A stretch of 55,323 bases of DNA from an uncultured Lachnospiraceae bacterium (GTDB taxonomy: Bacteria > Bacillota > Clostridia > Oscillospirales > CAG-272), in contig CAYPRM010000001.1 in NCBI GenBank assembly GCA_964413365.1, forward strand, positions 333 to 55,655, read 5' to 3'. The notes under the pieces are model-generated. The model worked only from the letters and a program-made list of their open reading frames with translations, had not been told where the DNA came from and searched no databases. The translations under genes and the position numbers were made by a program. Of this stretch, positions 38,141-46,961 are shown piece by piece; positions within the stretch are counted from its first letter, which is position 1; each line of letters begins with the position of its first letter.

Positions 38141-38171
38141 CCAAAAACGGCGGTATGGACCGCCGTTTTGG
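38141..38171 (-). terminator. intrinsic terminator-like hairpin after the DUF1858 gene
   Basis: AAAACGGCGGT-atgg-ACCGCCGTTTT. Confidence 0.7.
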
Positions 38172-38195
38172 GCAGACTGCTCATTGAGCGTCCGA

Positions 38196-38396
38196 TCAGT
38201 TCTCTCCAACAAAAGCGTTGATCTTGTCGACGAGCTGCTGTGCGTCAGTACCGTGGACGGCACACGCCTCCTCGATGCTCTCACCGCGAGATGCGGGGCA
38301 GCCGAGACAATGCATGCCTATCTCAAAGAAAAACTGCGCGGTCTCGGGGCAAGCGTCAAGAATATCGCCGATTATAGAATCCTTAGTAACCTTCAT
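38196..38396 (-). CDS. DUF1858 domain protein
   Basis: VTKDSIIGDIL...GMHCLGCPASRGESIEEACAVHG; start at MKVTKD (AGGAG RBS). Confidence 0.92.
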   Translation of the reverse strand: MKVTKDSIIGDILDACPETAQFFFEIGMHCLGCPASRGESIEEACAVHGTDAQQLVDKINAFVGEN

Positions 38397-38432
38397 TTCA
38401 AAAATCTCCTTTAGAAAAATATCATACAAGTT

Positions 38433-38461
38433 ATTATATAATATTTCCTCCCACCTGTCAA
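38433..38461 (-). promoter_or_regulatory. sigma-A promoter for the DUF1858 gene
   Basis: Perfect TTGACA-17-TATAAT. Confidence 0.8.
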
Positions 38462-38489
38462 TAAAAATTCGCGATTTTCACGCAGATTT

Positions 38490-38936
38490 TTATAAAAATT
38501 CCTTCATCCTCTCGATATTTCTCTCCTCAAAGGCGACGATCTCCCTTGCGAGCGAGACCGATTCCGCACACTCGGGACAGCCCTCGCAGGTGCTGACACG
38601 CTGGAGCAGGTCGGTAACGTCCATGGTCGAGCCCTGAACCATCATCTGCGCGAGGTGGCTCGTGGTGCTGTCCTGCATGGACTTCATCTCCATTCCGATG
38701 CGTGCGCCGAGCCTCGAGATCGCACTCGCCTCCCTCGGAACTATCCCCTGCGCGGTGAGCTTTCCACGCACATTCTCGGCGTACTTCTCGTATTGATTGA
38801 GCTGTGCCGTCATACAGCTCTTCAGCTCGTCGCTATCCACCCTCGGCAGAAGATTTATTATCGACTCCGAGCCCATCTTGACGTTGGAATAGATGTCCTG
38901 CAGAAGCTCTGCATCCTTGCATTTATTGCCGTTCAT
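38490..38936 (-). CDS. conserved helical (ferritin-like) hypothetical protein, probably forespore-expressed
   Basis: ELLQDIYSNVKMG...SHLAQMMVQGSTM...FEERNIERMKEFL; AAAGGAG RBS before MNGNK. Confidence 0.7.
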   Translation of the reverse strand: MNGNKCKDAELLQDIYSNVKMGSESIINLLPRVDSDELKSCMTAQLNQYEKYAENVRGKLTAQGIVPREASAISRLGARIGMEMKSMQDSTTSHLAQMMVQGSTMDVTDLLQRVSTCEGCPECAESVSLAREIVAFEERNIERMKEFL

Positions 38937-38966
38937 TTTCTTTTCTCCTTTCAGAAAATCTATCAA

Positions 38967-38996
38967 TAGGATTTACCGCACAGCGGATTTATATAC
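38967..38996 (-). promoter_or_regulatory. sigma-G/F-type promoter
   Basis: GTATA-18-AATCCTA (GGTAAATCCTA). Confidence 0.6.
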
Positions 38997-38997
38997 C

Positions 38998-39026
38998 TTG
39001 ACAAAACGGTATCCGAATGATATAAT
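38998..39026 (+). promoter_or_regulatory. sigma-A promoter for the esterase
   Basis: Perfect TTGACA-17-TATAAT with TG extension. Confidence 0.8.
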
Positions 39027-39059
39027 TACTGCATCGAGTTCTTTTTGGAGGTTCAAAAA

Positions 39060-39884
39060 ATGGAGATACATGATCTATACATATTTCCGCAGGACAAGGA
39101 CGCACATCTTACCGCGTACATTCGTGAGATAACTCCCTCTCTGCCATACGAGCCGAGGGATGCCGTGCTCATCTGCCCCGGTGGCGGCTACGAGCATGTT
39201 TCTAACCGTGAAAATGAGCCTGTTGCGCTTGCATTTCTCGCACGCGGCTACAATGTCTTTACGCTGACATATTCCGTGGGCGAACTCGCGAGCGAGCTCC
39301 GTCCTCTCACCGAGGCGGCACTTGCGATAAAGCATATTCGCGAGCACGCAGAGGAATATCACATTGATCCGACCAGAATATTAATCTTGGGCTTTTCCGC
39401 AGGTGGACATCTTGCCCTCTCAAGTGCGGTGCTGTACGACTGTGATGCCCTCTCGCGCCTGCTCCCCGAGGTGAGCGATACAAAAATTCTCAGACCTGAC
39501 GCGACAGTGCTCTGCTATCCCGTCGTAACGTCTACCTGCGACACGCATCTCGGAACGCTCTACCATTTCTGCGGAACGGATCACCCCTGTGGCGAGCCGC
39601 TTGAGCTTTTCTGCCTCGAAAAGCACGTAACTGAGCAGACTCCGCCGACATTTATATGGCATACGGAGGACGACGACTGCGTGCCCGTGGAAAATTCCCT
39701 GCTTCTTGATCGCACGCTCGAGAGGTACGGTGTGGAGCACGAGCTTCACCTATTCCCCCACGGCGTTCACGGTCTCTCCCTTGCAACGCACGAGACCTGC
39801 CCCGAGCTTCCCGAGCTTCAGCCCCACCCCGCGAGCGTATGGATCGACCTTGCAGATTCGTGGCTCAAGCGTTTGCCCAGATAA
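39060..39884 (+). CDS. alpha/beta hydrolase (acetyl esterase/BD-FAE-like)
   Basis: CPGGGY, GFSAGGH, PPTFIWHTEDD.CV, HGVHGL; ATG after GGAGG. Confidence 0.9.
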   Translation: MEIHDLYIFPQDKDAHLTAYIREITPSLPYEPRDAVLICPGGGYEHVSNRENEPVALAFLARGYNVFTLTYSVGELASELRPLTEAALAIKHIREHAEEYHIDPTRILILGFSAGGHLALSSAVLYDCDALSRLLPEVSDTKILRPDATVLCYPVVTSTCDTHLGTLYHFCGTDHPCGEPLELFCLEKHVTEQTPPTFIWHTEDDDCVPVENSLLLDRTLERYGVEHELHLFPHGVHGLSLATHETCPELPELQPHPASVWIDLADSWLKRLPR

Positions 39885-39894
39885 AAACGAATAC

Positions 39895-39937
39895 AAAAAT
39901 AAAGCTGACACGGTCACCCGTATCAGCTTTATTTTTA
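39895..39937. terminator. bidirectional intrinsic terminator
   Basis: AAAAATAAAGCTGAcACGG-tcac-CCGTaTCAGCTTTATTTTT between convergent genes. Confidence 0.8.
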
Positions 39938-39943
39938 TTGTGA

Positions 39944-42748
39944 TCAGATATTTACTATCTTATCAAACCTGCCGTACTCCTGCTGAGCGTTGCCGTTACC
40001 GACGGAGCACTCCACGCCCGAGGTCTTGAATTCCTCAAAGACGGGGATGAAACTCTTTATATCCTCTGCGCTGAATGTGAGGACGTCGTTCATGTGCTGA
40101 GCTCTGAGCTCGTGGGTATAGCCGACGAGGTAATAGATCTCGTTCTCCATACCTACCTCGTAAACGGGCTTGGGATTGACGAACGAAGCAAGCGTGCTGA
40201 TGATGCAGCCGAGGATCTCGCCGTCGGTGAACTCGTTGGCTCTGAGATGATCCGCAATGCCGTCATAGAGTCCGTATGTCTCTGCGACCTTGGGATCGCG
40301 GTAGGAATAAACGGTCATGATTCCGTTTCTCTTGAACTGAAGTCCCGTACCGTATGCACCGCCGACCTCACGGATATTGTGCCAGAGGTAGCCGTAGGTA
40401 AGGAGGTTCGAAAGTGCCTGATGCTTTCCGCTGAAGGGCATGATGCTACTGTAATCGAGCGAGCGAACGTTGAAGCTGATGCCTGCGGGGATAGCGTATG
40501 CCGTAGACTCCTTGCTCGGATTGGAGAGCGTATCGCCTACCAGCTCCTTGCCCTCGGGGAGAGCAAGAGACCTGCAGGAGAGCTCCTTATTGCCCGTAAA
40601 GCCTATGTACTTAAGGTTCTCGAAATTGAATATCCTGTGGATGAGGCTCTCTGCATCCTTGCAGAAGGCTGCAGGATCCTGCGAATACTCGCAGATCTTA
40701 CCGTAATATCTATATCCTCTGAAAAGCGAGCTGTAATATCCGCCCTTGGAGATAAGTGCCTCGGACTCGACGATGGCAAGTCCAACGCCGTTGCCGATGA
40801 AGCTCATCTTGGTATTGTTGAGCGAGCGTGCGATGACGGCGGTGGCAGTCTCGGTATCGTAAACGGTATGAGCAAGTATATCCTCGATGATGGAGAGTGC
40901 CTTATCAGCATTCTTCTCAAGGCAGGACACGGAAACTACAACATAGGGCTGAACATCGCTTGCACTATTTGTAAGGATCTCCGTATCAAAGCTCCACTTA
41001 CCTGCGTATCTGCTAAGAAGGCTATTGAGCTCGGATGCGCTCCTTGTCTCGGTCGCAAAGTCGCCAAGCGTACTTACTATAAGCTCCGTGGTCATTACCT
41101 CGTCCGCGTTGAGTCCGCAGATCGGGAAATAGAAGCGATAATATGCTATGCCGTTAGTATTTGCAGGAGTAAAGAGGAGCTTACCCTCAGCCTTGAAATC
41201 CCTCTTGGGAAGCTCGCGAGTGAGCTGGTCCGCACCGAGACGGGGCATTTTTGCGATGGTCTCGGGTGTATCGCGATCCATAGCAAGCTTCGTGCCGACA
41301 ACAAATCTCTCGTGCGCCTCGTCCTTGACCTCGGTGCTGAGTCCCTCAGTGTACTTCCTTACCGTTGCGACGTGCTGTGCGTTGGATTCCTTATGAACGG
41401 GAACGAGCACGGATATAGCGGTGATATCGTTATCGAAGAAGATCTCACGAAGGAGGTTCTCGAAGTAGCCGTTGCCGACCTCGCGCTCAAGCTTCTCATA
41501 TATACCATCAAGCTCGAAGTAGGTATCAAGGGGAACATTATAGAAAACGTTATTTGCAAGCTTGATAAAGTCGTTGATCGTGCGCTCGGTAACCTCGTTT
41601 CTGTCAGCCTTCATCTTGAAAGCGGCGGACGAGATCTGCGAGAGCATGATCTCCTTATCAATACCGTTCTCAATGATCGAGCGGATGGTATCGTCTATGA
41701 CCTTCTTTATTGCATCCCTGTTCTCAGGCTCGGTATTATATGCCGCGATGCCCCAAGCGGTCTGAATGTCGTCGCTCGAATCGTAGAGGTCGGAGTTCTG
41801 CATAAGTCCGCTCGCGATAAGTGCGCTCTTAAGAGGCGAGGACATATTATCCATAAGATAACTGCCGAGGAGTGTTGCGGCTATCTGTCTTTCATACTGA
41901 TCGTAATTTCCGATATTATAGGAATAGATGATATTTGCCTTGCCTGCAAGCTCCTCGTTGGGAGAAACGGGATACTCGTGCTCGCAGATCCTGTGGCTCT
42001 CTGTCTGGATGCTGTGCTCTATCACACTTCTCTGCTGAGATGCGCCTGCGAGCCACTCGTCGATGATATCGGTATATCTGTCGATATCCATATTTCCACT
42101 AAGGAAAAGAACGCAGTTTGCGGTGCTGTAATACTTTCTGTATGCCGCAAGATAGTTCTCGTAGGTGAGCGTGGGGATAACGTCGGGCTCACCGCCTGAA
42201 TTGTATTTCTGATATGTATCGGGGTAGAGGTCGGAGGTCATGGCGGAGTAAAGGAGACGCTGTATCGACGCCATAGCACCCTGCATCTCATTATAAACGA
42301 CGCCCTTGATGTCGTAGCCGTCATCTGCCTTCTCTATGTGCCAGCCCTCACGAAGGAACGTGCCCTCTGCAAGGAGGGGGTTGAACACGGAGTCAAGATA
42401 GACCTTGAGCAGGTTCTCAAAATCGTCGGGATTGCACGATGCGCAGGGATACATTGTTTTGCCCTGAAAGGTCATCGCGTTGAGGAAGGTGTTCATGGAG
42501 TTCTTGACCATAAAGAGGAAGGGAGAGTTCATCGGGTAATTCTTCGAGCCGTCGAGCACGGAATGCTCGAGGATATGGAAAACGCCCGTGGAGTCCTCGG
42601 GAATTGTCTTGAACGCCGCACAGAATGCCTTTTCGTCGCTTCCCGTGTCGATGTAGATGAGCTTTGCACCGCTGATATGCTCGTATTCGCTTACGTCATA
42701 TCCGCAGGATCCAAATCTCGTTTTGTTTTTGAATGTGAAATTCTTCAT
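39944..42748 (-). CDS. M16C (insulinase/PreP-like) zinc metallopeptidase
   Basis: STGVFHILEHSVL (HxxEH), FLNAMT, GVVYNEM, IREVGGAYG, SYRDP. Confidence 0.93.
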   Translation of the reverse strand: MKNFTFKNKTRFGSCGYDVSEYEHISGAKLIYIDTGSDEKAFCAAFKTIPEDSTGVFHILEHSVLDGSKNYPMNSPFLFMVKNSMNTFLNAMTFQGKTMYPCASCNPDDFENLLKVYLDSVFNPLLAEGTFLREGWHIEKADDGYDIKGVVYNEMQGAMASIQRLLYSAMTSDLYPDTYQKYNSGGEPDVIPTLTYENYLAAYRKYYSTANCVLFLSGNMDIDRYTDIIDEWLAGASQQRSVIEHSIQTESHRICEHEYPVSPNEELAGKANIIYSYNIGNYDQYERQIAATLLGSYLMDNMSSPLKSALIASGLMQNSDLYDSSDDIQTAWGIAAYNTEPENRDAIKKVIDDTIRSIIENGIDKEIMLSQISSAAFKMKADRNEVTERTINDFIKLANNVFYNVPLDTYFELDGIYEKLEREVGNGYFENLLREIFFDNDITAISVLVPVHKESNAQHVATVRKYTEGLSTEVKDEAHERFVVGTKLAMDRDTPETIAKMPRLGADQLTRELPKRDFKAEGKLLFTPANTNGIAYYRFYFPICGLNADEVMTTELIVSTLGDFATETRSASELNSLLSRYAGKWSFDTEILTNSASDVQPYVVVSVSCLEKNADKALSIIEDILAHTVYDTETATAVIARSLNNTKMSFIGNGVGLAIVESEALISKGGYYSSLFRGYRYYGKICEYSQDPAAFCKDAESLIHRIFNFENLKYIGFTGNKELSCRSLALPEGKELVGDTLSNPSKESTAYAIPAGISFNVRSLDYSSIMPFSGKHQALSNLLTYGYLWHNIREVGGAYGTGLQFKRNGIMTVYSYRDPKVAETYGLYDGIADHLRANEFTDGEILGCIISTLASFVNPKPVYEVGMENEIYYLVGYTHELRAQHMNDVLTFSAEDIKSFIPVFEEFKTSGVECSVGNGNAQQEYGRFDKIVNI

Positions 42749-42817
42749 ATCTTCTCCTATCTGTCACTAAAAAATGACGGTTAAAAATGATAAACAAATG
42801 ATATTTTTGCTCGGCAC

Positions 42818-44104
42818 TCATTCGGAGAGCATGATCTTAATGATCTCCCTGTCCGTGCCGCTCATTCCCTCTCTTGCGAGAAGTCCGACGTTGCGTATGG
42901 TGTTTTCAACGCCCTTTGTAACTATGCCGTCGCCGCCGTAGAACTGCTTGTTCGCAAGTGCCATCTCACAGCCGACCAGCCCTGCCTCCACAGCCATCGC
43001 GATCTTTGCCGCGCACGAGGGCTTAGCTCCGTCGCAGATCGTGCCGGAGAGAATCGCCACAGCATTTACTATCGTATGTGCTACCGCTCTCTCATCTCCT
43101 CCTCTGAGGTAGCAGATGCCTGCGCCTGCGCCAACTCCTGCACTTATCGCTCCGCAATACGCCGAGAGAGTGCCGATGCCCGTTTTCTGATGAACGGTAA
43201 CGAGATCCGAAAGAATGAGCGCGCGAAGCGTCGTATCCTCGTCAGCACCGAGTTCCTCAGCATATACTGCAACGGGAACGGATGCTGTGATTCCCTGATT
43301 TCCACTGCCCGAAATGATGCATACGGGTAGCTCACAGCCGCTCATACGCGCATCGCTTCCTGCCGCCGCAGAGCCCTTGACTCTATCCTTCAGCGGTGCA
43401 TTTCCGCCGTCGTAAAGTATCTTTCCTATGCACGCACCGTAGCTGCCGCGAAGCCCCTCTCGGGATATGGCAGTATTCATCGAGATCTGTCTTTCAAGAT
43501 ACGGTCCTATACGCTCGAGCGATGCGGTAGTGGCAAATTCAAATATATCGTGTATATTGAGGGTGGTGCGGTCGGCACTCTTTAAGCTCTTGCCGAGCTC
43601 CGCACTCTCGTTGCGGTATTTATCCGTAAGCTCCGTATCATCAAGGATAACGCTCACGACATTTGTGTGATACTCCGATATACGGACGCTCGCACGCCTA
43701 TCCGCCGCCTCTCCCTCAATAAGAAGATCAAATGTGCAGGGGCTCGCCAGCTCCGTAATGCGTATATCGCACTCCCTCTTTATCGACTCCACCGTCGGCA
43801 CATCCCTGTCGGTAAGAGCAGACAGAAGCTCGAGCTTGAGGTCATACCTCCCCGACGCCACTCCTGCTGCGACGGCACTCTCTATTCCGTGCATACCGTT
43901 CGTTGACGGAACGATAACGCTCTTTACATTTTTAATAATATTTCCGCTCAGATGCACCGTAATGACACTCGGTATCTCACCAAGCACGTCGCGAAGTATC
44001 GCCGAGGCGTAGGCAATGGCGATAGGCTCGGTGCAGCCCATGGCGACCTGCAGCTCCTCTATGAGTATATCCTCGTAGCAGGCTACGATCTTATCAGACA
44101 GCAT
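42818..44104 (-). CDS. Fe-S serine dehydratase alpha-like / YhaM-CdsB family (putative L-cysteine desulfidase)
   Basis: AMGCTEPIA, NIIKNVKSV.VP, SDARMSGC, GSGNQG, LSAYCGA, CDGAKPSCA; real start ATG 44104 (GAGAGG RBS, promoter upstream). Confidence 0.9.
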   Translation of the reverse strand: MLSDKIVACYEDILIEELQVAMGCTEPIAIAYASAILRDVLGEIPSVITVHLSGNIIKNVKSVIVPSTNGMHGIESAVAAGVASGRYDLKLELLSALTDRDVPTVESIKRECDIRITELASPCTFDLLIEGEAADRRASVRISEYHTNVVSVILDDTELTDKYRNESAELGKSLKSADRTTLNIHDIFEFATTASLERIGPYLERQISMNTAISREGLRGSYGACIGKILYDGGNAPLKDRVKGSAAAGSDARMSGCELPVCIISGSGNQGITASVPVAVYAEELGADEDTTLRALILSDLVTVHQKTGIGTLSAYCGAISAGVGAGAGICYLRGGDERAVAHTIVNAVAILSGTICDGAKPSCAAKIAMAVEAGLVGCEMALANKQFYGGDGIVTKGVENTIRNVGLLAREGMSGTDREIIKIMLSE

Positions 44105-44134
44105 ACTGTATTTCCTCTCAAAAAAATCACCTTG

Positions 44135-44163
44135 ATTATACCACATTTTCCTTCCATAGTCAA
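44135..44163 (-). promoter_or_regulatory. sigma-A promoter for the YhaM-like gene
   Basis: TTGACT-17-TATAAT with TG extension. Confidence 0.75.
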
Positions 44164-44223
44164 TAAAATATCGTATTTTTTGCAGTTTTTTTAAATATTC
44201 AATAAAATTTGAGCGAAAAGCTC

Positions 44224-44252
44224 TTGAAATTTGAGTAAGTATATGGTATAAT
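44224..44252 (+). promoter_or_regulatory. sigma-A promoter for the CNNM/CorC gene (about 235-nt leader)
   Basis: TTGAAA-17-TATAAT with TG extension. Confidence 0.75.
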
Positions 44253-44297
44253 ACAAGCTGTATTTTCTTATTATCAAAGGAAAGGAGTAAAATTACC

Positions 44298-44423
44298 GTG
44301 GACCCATTACCCCGAAGTTGCCCTGTAACTCGGTTCTGTAACGACAGGCATTCAATTAATAATTTGTTCAGATGCTCATGCTCGTTTGCGGGCAAGGAGA
44401 TCCGCTCACCGATGCGTCGCTGA
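44298..44423 (+). CDS. putative leader peptide (uORF) with MgtL-like N-terminus
   Basis: AAAGGAG RBS at 44281-44287, GTG start, MDPLPRSCPVTRFCNDRHSINNLFRCSCSFAGKEIRSPMRR*. Confidence 0.6.
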   Translation: MDPLPRSCPVTRFCNDRHSINNLFRCSCSFAGKEIRSPMRR

Positions 44424-44492
44424 GCAAGGTCGTACTGACTATCTGACTTAAACATTAACTATTTTTCTGAACAAATTTGAATTGGAGGACCT

Positions 44493-45836
44493 ATGTCAAC
44501 TATTTTACAACAATTACTATTACAATTTATACTTATCGGTGTCAACGCCTTCTTTGCCGCTACCGAGATCGCCGTTATCTCGATCAATGAGAAAAAGGTC
44601 AGATCCCAGGCTGAGGACGGCGATAAAAAGGCAGCAAAGCTTCTCAGCATCGTTGAGGATCCCACGAAGTTCCTCTCGACCATTCAGGTCGGCATAACTC
44701 TCGCAGGCTTCCTCGGCTCGGCATTTGCCGCTGACAGCTTCGGCGAGATGCTCGCAGACGCAATAATCTCGGGTATCGAAAATCCATCGGCGAGCCTCGT
44801 TTCATTCCTTGAAACGCTCTCCGTCATACTCGTAACTCTTATCCTCTCCTACTTCACGCTCGTTCTCGGTGAGCTCGTGCCCAAGAGAGTGGCTATGAAG
44901 AATAAGGAGAAGCTCGCTTCCGCCTTTTGCGGAGTGATCTCGGTGCTCACCGTTATACTCAAGCCCGTTATCTGGTTCCTCTCCGTCTCTACCAACGGCG
45001 TTCTTCGCCTTGTCGGTATTGATCCCAATGAGAAGGACGAGGCTGTGTCTGAGGAGGACATCGTTACCATGCTCGATGCAGGTGCTGACGAGGGCGGACT
45101 CGACGAGACCGATGTTGAATACATAAAGAACGTCTTTAAGCTCGACAACCTCACCGCCGCTGACGTAATGACGCAGAGAGGCTCGATCGTTGCCGTCCCC
45201 GAGGATATTTCCGTTGAGGATCTCCTCGCTACGATAGAAAACGAGGGATATTCACGTATTCCCGTATATTCCGAAACGCTTGATAAGATCGTGGGCATAC
45301 TCTACGCTCGCGAGTACCTGCTCAAGCACGCAAATCCCGACTTCAAGCTTGAGGATGCTATGTTCAACCCCAAGTACGTTCCCGAGACCATGCACCTTGA
45401 TGCCCTGCTCAAGGAGATGCAGGATACACATAACCATATCGCCATCGTCGTCAATGAGTACGGTGTTACCTCCGGTGTAGTCAGTATGGAGGATATCATC
45501 GAGGAGCTCGTAGGCGAGATCTGGGATGAGCTTGACGAGGCTATCGAGCCTATAAAGCCCATCGGCGACAATAAGTACCGCGTTCTCTCCACCGTCTCGC
45601 TCGACGAGTTCTTTACCTTCTTCGAGCTTGCAAACGACGAGGAGTGCGACTCCACCACCGTAAACGGCTGGATCAATGAGCGCGCGGAGAGCATTCCCGA
45701 GGTCGGCTTTACCTTCGACTACGATAAGCTCACCGTAACCGTTACCAAGGCGGACGACATTATGTCCCACGAGATCGAGGTAACTGTACGCACCGAGGAG
45801 GACCAGCCCCTTGAGGAGCAGGACTCCGAGGAGTAA
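44493..45836 (+). CDS. HlyC/CorC (CNNM-CBS-CorC) transporter, putative Mg2+ exporter
   Basis: NAFFAATEIA, FLSTIQVGITL, LGELVPKR, CBS pair (YSRIPVY, VNEYG), C-terminal CorC domain. Confidence 0.93.
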   Translation: MSTILQQLLLQFILIGVNAFFAATEIAVISINEKKVRSQAEDGDKKAAKLLSIVEDPTKFLSTIQVGITLAGFLGSAFAADSFGEMLADAIISGIENPSASLVSFLETLSVILVTLILSYFTLVLGELVPKRVAMKNKEKLASAFCGVISVLTVILKPVIWFLSVSTNGVLRLVGIDPNEKDEAVSEEDIVTMLDAGADEGGLDETDVEYIKNVFKLDNLTAADVMTQRGSIVAVPEDISVEDLLATIENEGYSRIPVYSETLDKIVGILYAREYLLKHANPDFKLEDAMFNPKYVPETMHLDALLKEMQDTHNHIAIVVNEYGVTSGVVSMEDIIEELVGEIWDELDEAIEPIKPIGDNKYRVLSTVSLDEFFTFFELANDEECDSTTVNGWINERAESIPEVGFTFDYDKLTVTVTKADDIMSHEIEVTVRTEEDQPLEEQDSEE

Positions 45837-45844
45837 AATTGCAC

Positions 45845-45880
45845 AAAACGCAACGAAAAATCCTTTCGTTGCGTTTTTTT
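45845..45880 (+). terminator. intrinsic terminator
   Basis: AAAACGCAACGAAA-aatcc-TTTCGTTGCGTTTTTTT. Confidence 0.88.
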
Positions 45881-46033
45881 GTGAAAAATGCCATGGTATG
45901 CCTCAAAGGCTTGATTTACAAGGGTTTGAGCGATATTTTTGCATTTTGGCGAAAAATAGCGAAAGCCTTTATTTTGCAAGTTTTCGTCAAATTGACGAAA
46001 ATTCGATTTTGGTTTATTTTCACGAAAAAGGTA

Positions 46034-46062
46034 TTGATTTTTTGGCACATTTGTGTTATCAT
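46034..46062 (+). promoter_or_regulatory. sigma-A promoter for the RDD-ABC-nuclease operon
   Basis: TTGATT-17-TATCAT with TG extension. Confidence 0.55.
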
Positions 46063-46148
46063 CTTTGTAGGGTAATTATGTATCACTATTGTATTGCGTT
46101 CCGATATCCCGAATTTATTATATTTAATGAAGTGAAGGGCTTTTATAA

Positions 46149-46910
46149 ATGATTTACGATCTTCAAAAGGCGAGCTTGATGAAAAGATTTTCCGCATTTT
46201 TGCTCGACCTTATTCTTATGATAATACTTATTACGGGATTTATGTGCCTTCTTTCCGTCATTACGGGATACGACGGTTATTCGGAGGAGCTTAATACCCT
46301 GCTTACCAATTACGAGGAGAAGTTTGGTGTCAAATTTGATATAACGAATGATGAATATAACGCCATGACAGAGGCGGAGAAGGCTCATTTTAACCAGTCG
46401 TACAGCACCGTGCGTAACGACGAGGAATATATACGCCTGACGAATATGATATTCAGCATCGCTATACTCGAAGTGTCGCTCAGCTTCTTTTTCTCTTATC
46501 TGATACTTGAATTTATAATTCCGCTGATCCTCAAAAACGGTCAGACAGTTGGAAAGAAGATATTTTCCATCGCGCTTATGCGTGCTGACGGCGTAAAAGT
46601 AACTCCCGTCATCATGTTCACCCGTACCCTGCTCGGCAAATACGCCGTGGAGACCATGGTGCCCATAATGCTCCTGCTTATGGTGCTGCTCGGCGTCGGA
46701 AATGCCTTCAATATCATCGTCGTTGCACTGATCGCGATATTTGAGATAGTGCTTCTGATAGTTACAAAGACAAATTCCTTTATACACGACATTCTGGCAC
46801 ACACGGTCGCAGTCGACCTGCAGAGTCAGATGATATTCGACTCAGTTGAGGCGCGAAACGAGTACCGTCAGCGCATCCACGAGGAGTCCGTCAAAAAAGC
46901 TCAGTATTGA
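46149..46910 (+). CDS. RDD family membrane protein
   Basis: ASLMKRFSAFLLD, GQTVGKKIFSI, IHDILAHTVAV. Confidence 0.9.
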   Translation: MIYDLQKASLMKRFSAFLLDLILMIILITGFMCLLSVITGYDGYSEELNTLLTNYEEKFGVKFDITNDEYNAMTEAEKAHFNQSYSTVRNDEEYIRLTNMIFSIAILEVSLSFFFSYLILEFIIPLILKNGQTVGKKIFSIALMRADGVKVTPVIMFTRTLLGKYAVETMVPIMLLLMVLLGVGNAFNIIVVALIAIFEIVLLIVTKTNSFIHDILAHTVAVDLQSQMIFDSVEARNEYRQRIHEESVKKAQY

Positions 46911-46961
46911 TCTGTGCTGTAACTCAGTTCCCAAAATTTTTTATATAAGAATGGAGATTAT

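Noticed and set aside
40094-42199. 701-aa plus-strand ORF
   Set aside because: Antisense shadow of the M16 peptidase
44105-44455. 117-aa N-terminal extension of the YhaM-like ORF in the track
   Set aside because: It spans two divergent promoters and the CNNM leader; family similarity, RBS and promoter support the start at 44104
44255-44490. M-box (ykoK) or yybP-ykoY riboswitch in the CNNM leader
   Set aside because: I could not find their conserved cores or an intrinsic terminator; an Rfam scan would settle this
44298-44495. uORF is in frame with the CNNM gene, suggesting read-through or selenocysteine fusion
   Set aside because: Three in-frame TGA codons intervene and the main gene has its own GGAGG RBS
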